Shown: one piece after another, positions 63,601 through 64,000 of the stretch
Layout: each line of letters begins with the position of its first letter
Position numbering within the stretch: position 1 is the first letter of the stretch
Virus record (IMG/VR): IMGVR_UViG_3300035683_000002
Location: 9,117-73,116 of that record
Source: a virus
Length of the DNA stretch: 64,000 nt
Reading direction: 5' to 3' (one strand)
Notes under the pieces: model-generated
The model's database searches: none
Told to the model about the DNA's origin: nothing
The model's input: the letters and a program-made list of their open reading frames with translations, nothing else
Translations under genes and position numbers: made by a program

Positions 63601-64000
63601 GATGGGTCGCGCGCTCCGCGACCGGCGCTTCGATCCGACCGTGCAGAAGGCCCTCGATGGCGGCCCGCCGCTCACCGAGGAGCAGGTCGACAAGATGGTC
63701 GCGGCCTACCACCGCCGGACGCTCGCCTATCGCGCCACGATGATCGCCCGCACCGAGGCCATCCGGGCGGCGAACGTCGGCGGCGTCGCCGGCATGCGCG
63801 CCCAGCTGGAGGAGACGCCGGACTTCACGGTGGTGAAGACCTGGCAGGCGACGACCACCGACGACCGGACCCGCGACAGCCACGTCGAGCTGCACGGGAA
63901 GGAGGTCGAGGGCCTCGATACGCCCTTCATCATCCAGCACCCGGTGACCGGCGCGACGATCACCATCCGCTGGCCGCACGACACCGAGGCCTCGGCCGAG
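60647..64000 (+). CDS. Multidomain minor head protein (>1118 aa, 3' truncated): InPase-like, HExxH metallopeptidase-like and MuF/SPP1-gp7-like domains
   Basis: Manual translation from ATG 60647 has no stop before 64000. HYGYVRGSKGADGDHIDV...FDEHKCFLG (~62090-62420), THELTHVAD (62747-62773), RATMIARTEAIRAAN...KTW...DDRTRDSH..LHG (~63730-63900). Confidence 0.85.
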   Translation, partial: MLEKRTPGTPLSEAELQQRRDAARARWAEGAVGGAAGAVGAAVLTDRLNRRKAGAQVRAGQASAETVTTAAESRIKQRLAEAATTSRRAGGDRVVGTYGEFLQGRIARRAADIEAIRAGRGVPAYRVPDIESLPKDAVLDGLAARQAADSEMLARVRAIPPARRVFVEGGERRGAAAHERTVKVWTDPTKENAPPPARKRPRAGGRGGSGPDVLDDVFGPRSGSPAPQTTAPELSPEERARLAENARAGRERKLAGAEAWQAKAEARLQRLREAGEDKAAAKLERDLFASRRRTERKRQRTLEAANPIERATKVSRLAAEILAENRGMPVGMAEDLAREELGLHRRKVKTTVGVSEGRPTTVPDRTMLVRPRWPGEELREEWRREIRGGTAADAEFFQARTRTAAEAAARRARAGGIGAARATLARFPKMTRGRLAALGAAGALVGALGAGLAKRAPATSAELDKICAAARPPRSYAEAEAGTYPKAHLNLHGMRITIETPRGSERIGWKREGGVKWRCTMPGHYGYVRGSKGADGDHIDVTLGPKALDPACPVWVVDQHRADGSFDEHKCFLGWPTREAAIGAYDASFSDGRGSERRRGVTRMELRTFREWATGNATAEPLAKAAHRVFARWARGTKWNAEALSAMHPRGARVVTSPRVMRPDGPIAGFYVPRQRAASDLYMNPSTVKRGGGAGSLQTRTHELTHVADTQSRFPLVRHRGMNRALQAIGDLTHRAYPRHLRGVELTATLGEMLSSRHHGSRRALNNFTQNLGPRLAARGAPGASAVARAIGREFRVRGLLRKSVGDPDAPDALAKAAPSFEGIASRAEAALAGALGRVFRRWGDDPRAVGNEDEVSEALDPVREVFLSSAELAADQAVPPPPPPGSGTDGPGTPGGPDRRITVDLDARRPDVERHLREYSLKRIREISDASRQTIRDVLVRASISGASTQQQAREIRDSIGLTSAQAGWVRTFRFQLDALDPRVMGRALRDRRFDPTVQKALDGGPPLTEEQVDKMVAAYHRRTLAYRATMIARTEAIRAANVGGVAGMRAQLEETPDFTVVKTWQATTTDDRTRDSHVELHGKEVEGLDTPFIIQHPVTGATITIRWPHDTEASAE

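Overview
The window is a very GC-rich segment of one temperate tailed-phage genome, with no flanking host genes. An alphaproteobacterial host is inferred from a GcrA homologue, RcGTA-type head-spike genes and an alphaproteobacterial-style dif-like site. It appears to be a phage-plasmid: it has a plasmid replicon (RepA_C-type repA, five iterons, a perfect DnaA box), parA plus a small RHH partner with centromere-like repeats, a ParDE toxin-antitoxin pair and a Xer/dif-like site, and no integrase is visible. It also has a lambda-like lytic replicon (dnaB plus a DUF1376-type initiator with internal iterons), a Cro/CI switch with about 13 dispersed CACA-N6-TGTG operators, Exo/ERF recombination genes, lysis genes, terminases, portal and head genes. 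The tail region is cut at the left edge and the head region at the right. The most unusual feature is two leftward arrays (26.4-37.5 kb and 44.0-48.3 kb) of mostly unknown small genes, where almost every gene or gene pair is separated from the next by a copy of one ~85-100 bp two-hairpin element (22 full copies plus partial ones). The element has an invariant TCGACGGGC core, a compensatory stem change and UUCG/CUCG loops on the mRNA strand, which points to a cassette-like accessory-gene system. Second is a >1118-aa minor head protein, missed by the ORF track because it runs off the window, whose InPase, HExxH and MuF-like domains are each bracketed by L-x-K motifs, suggesting a protease-processed virion polyprotein. 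All family assignments come from motif recognition by eye; no database search was run.
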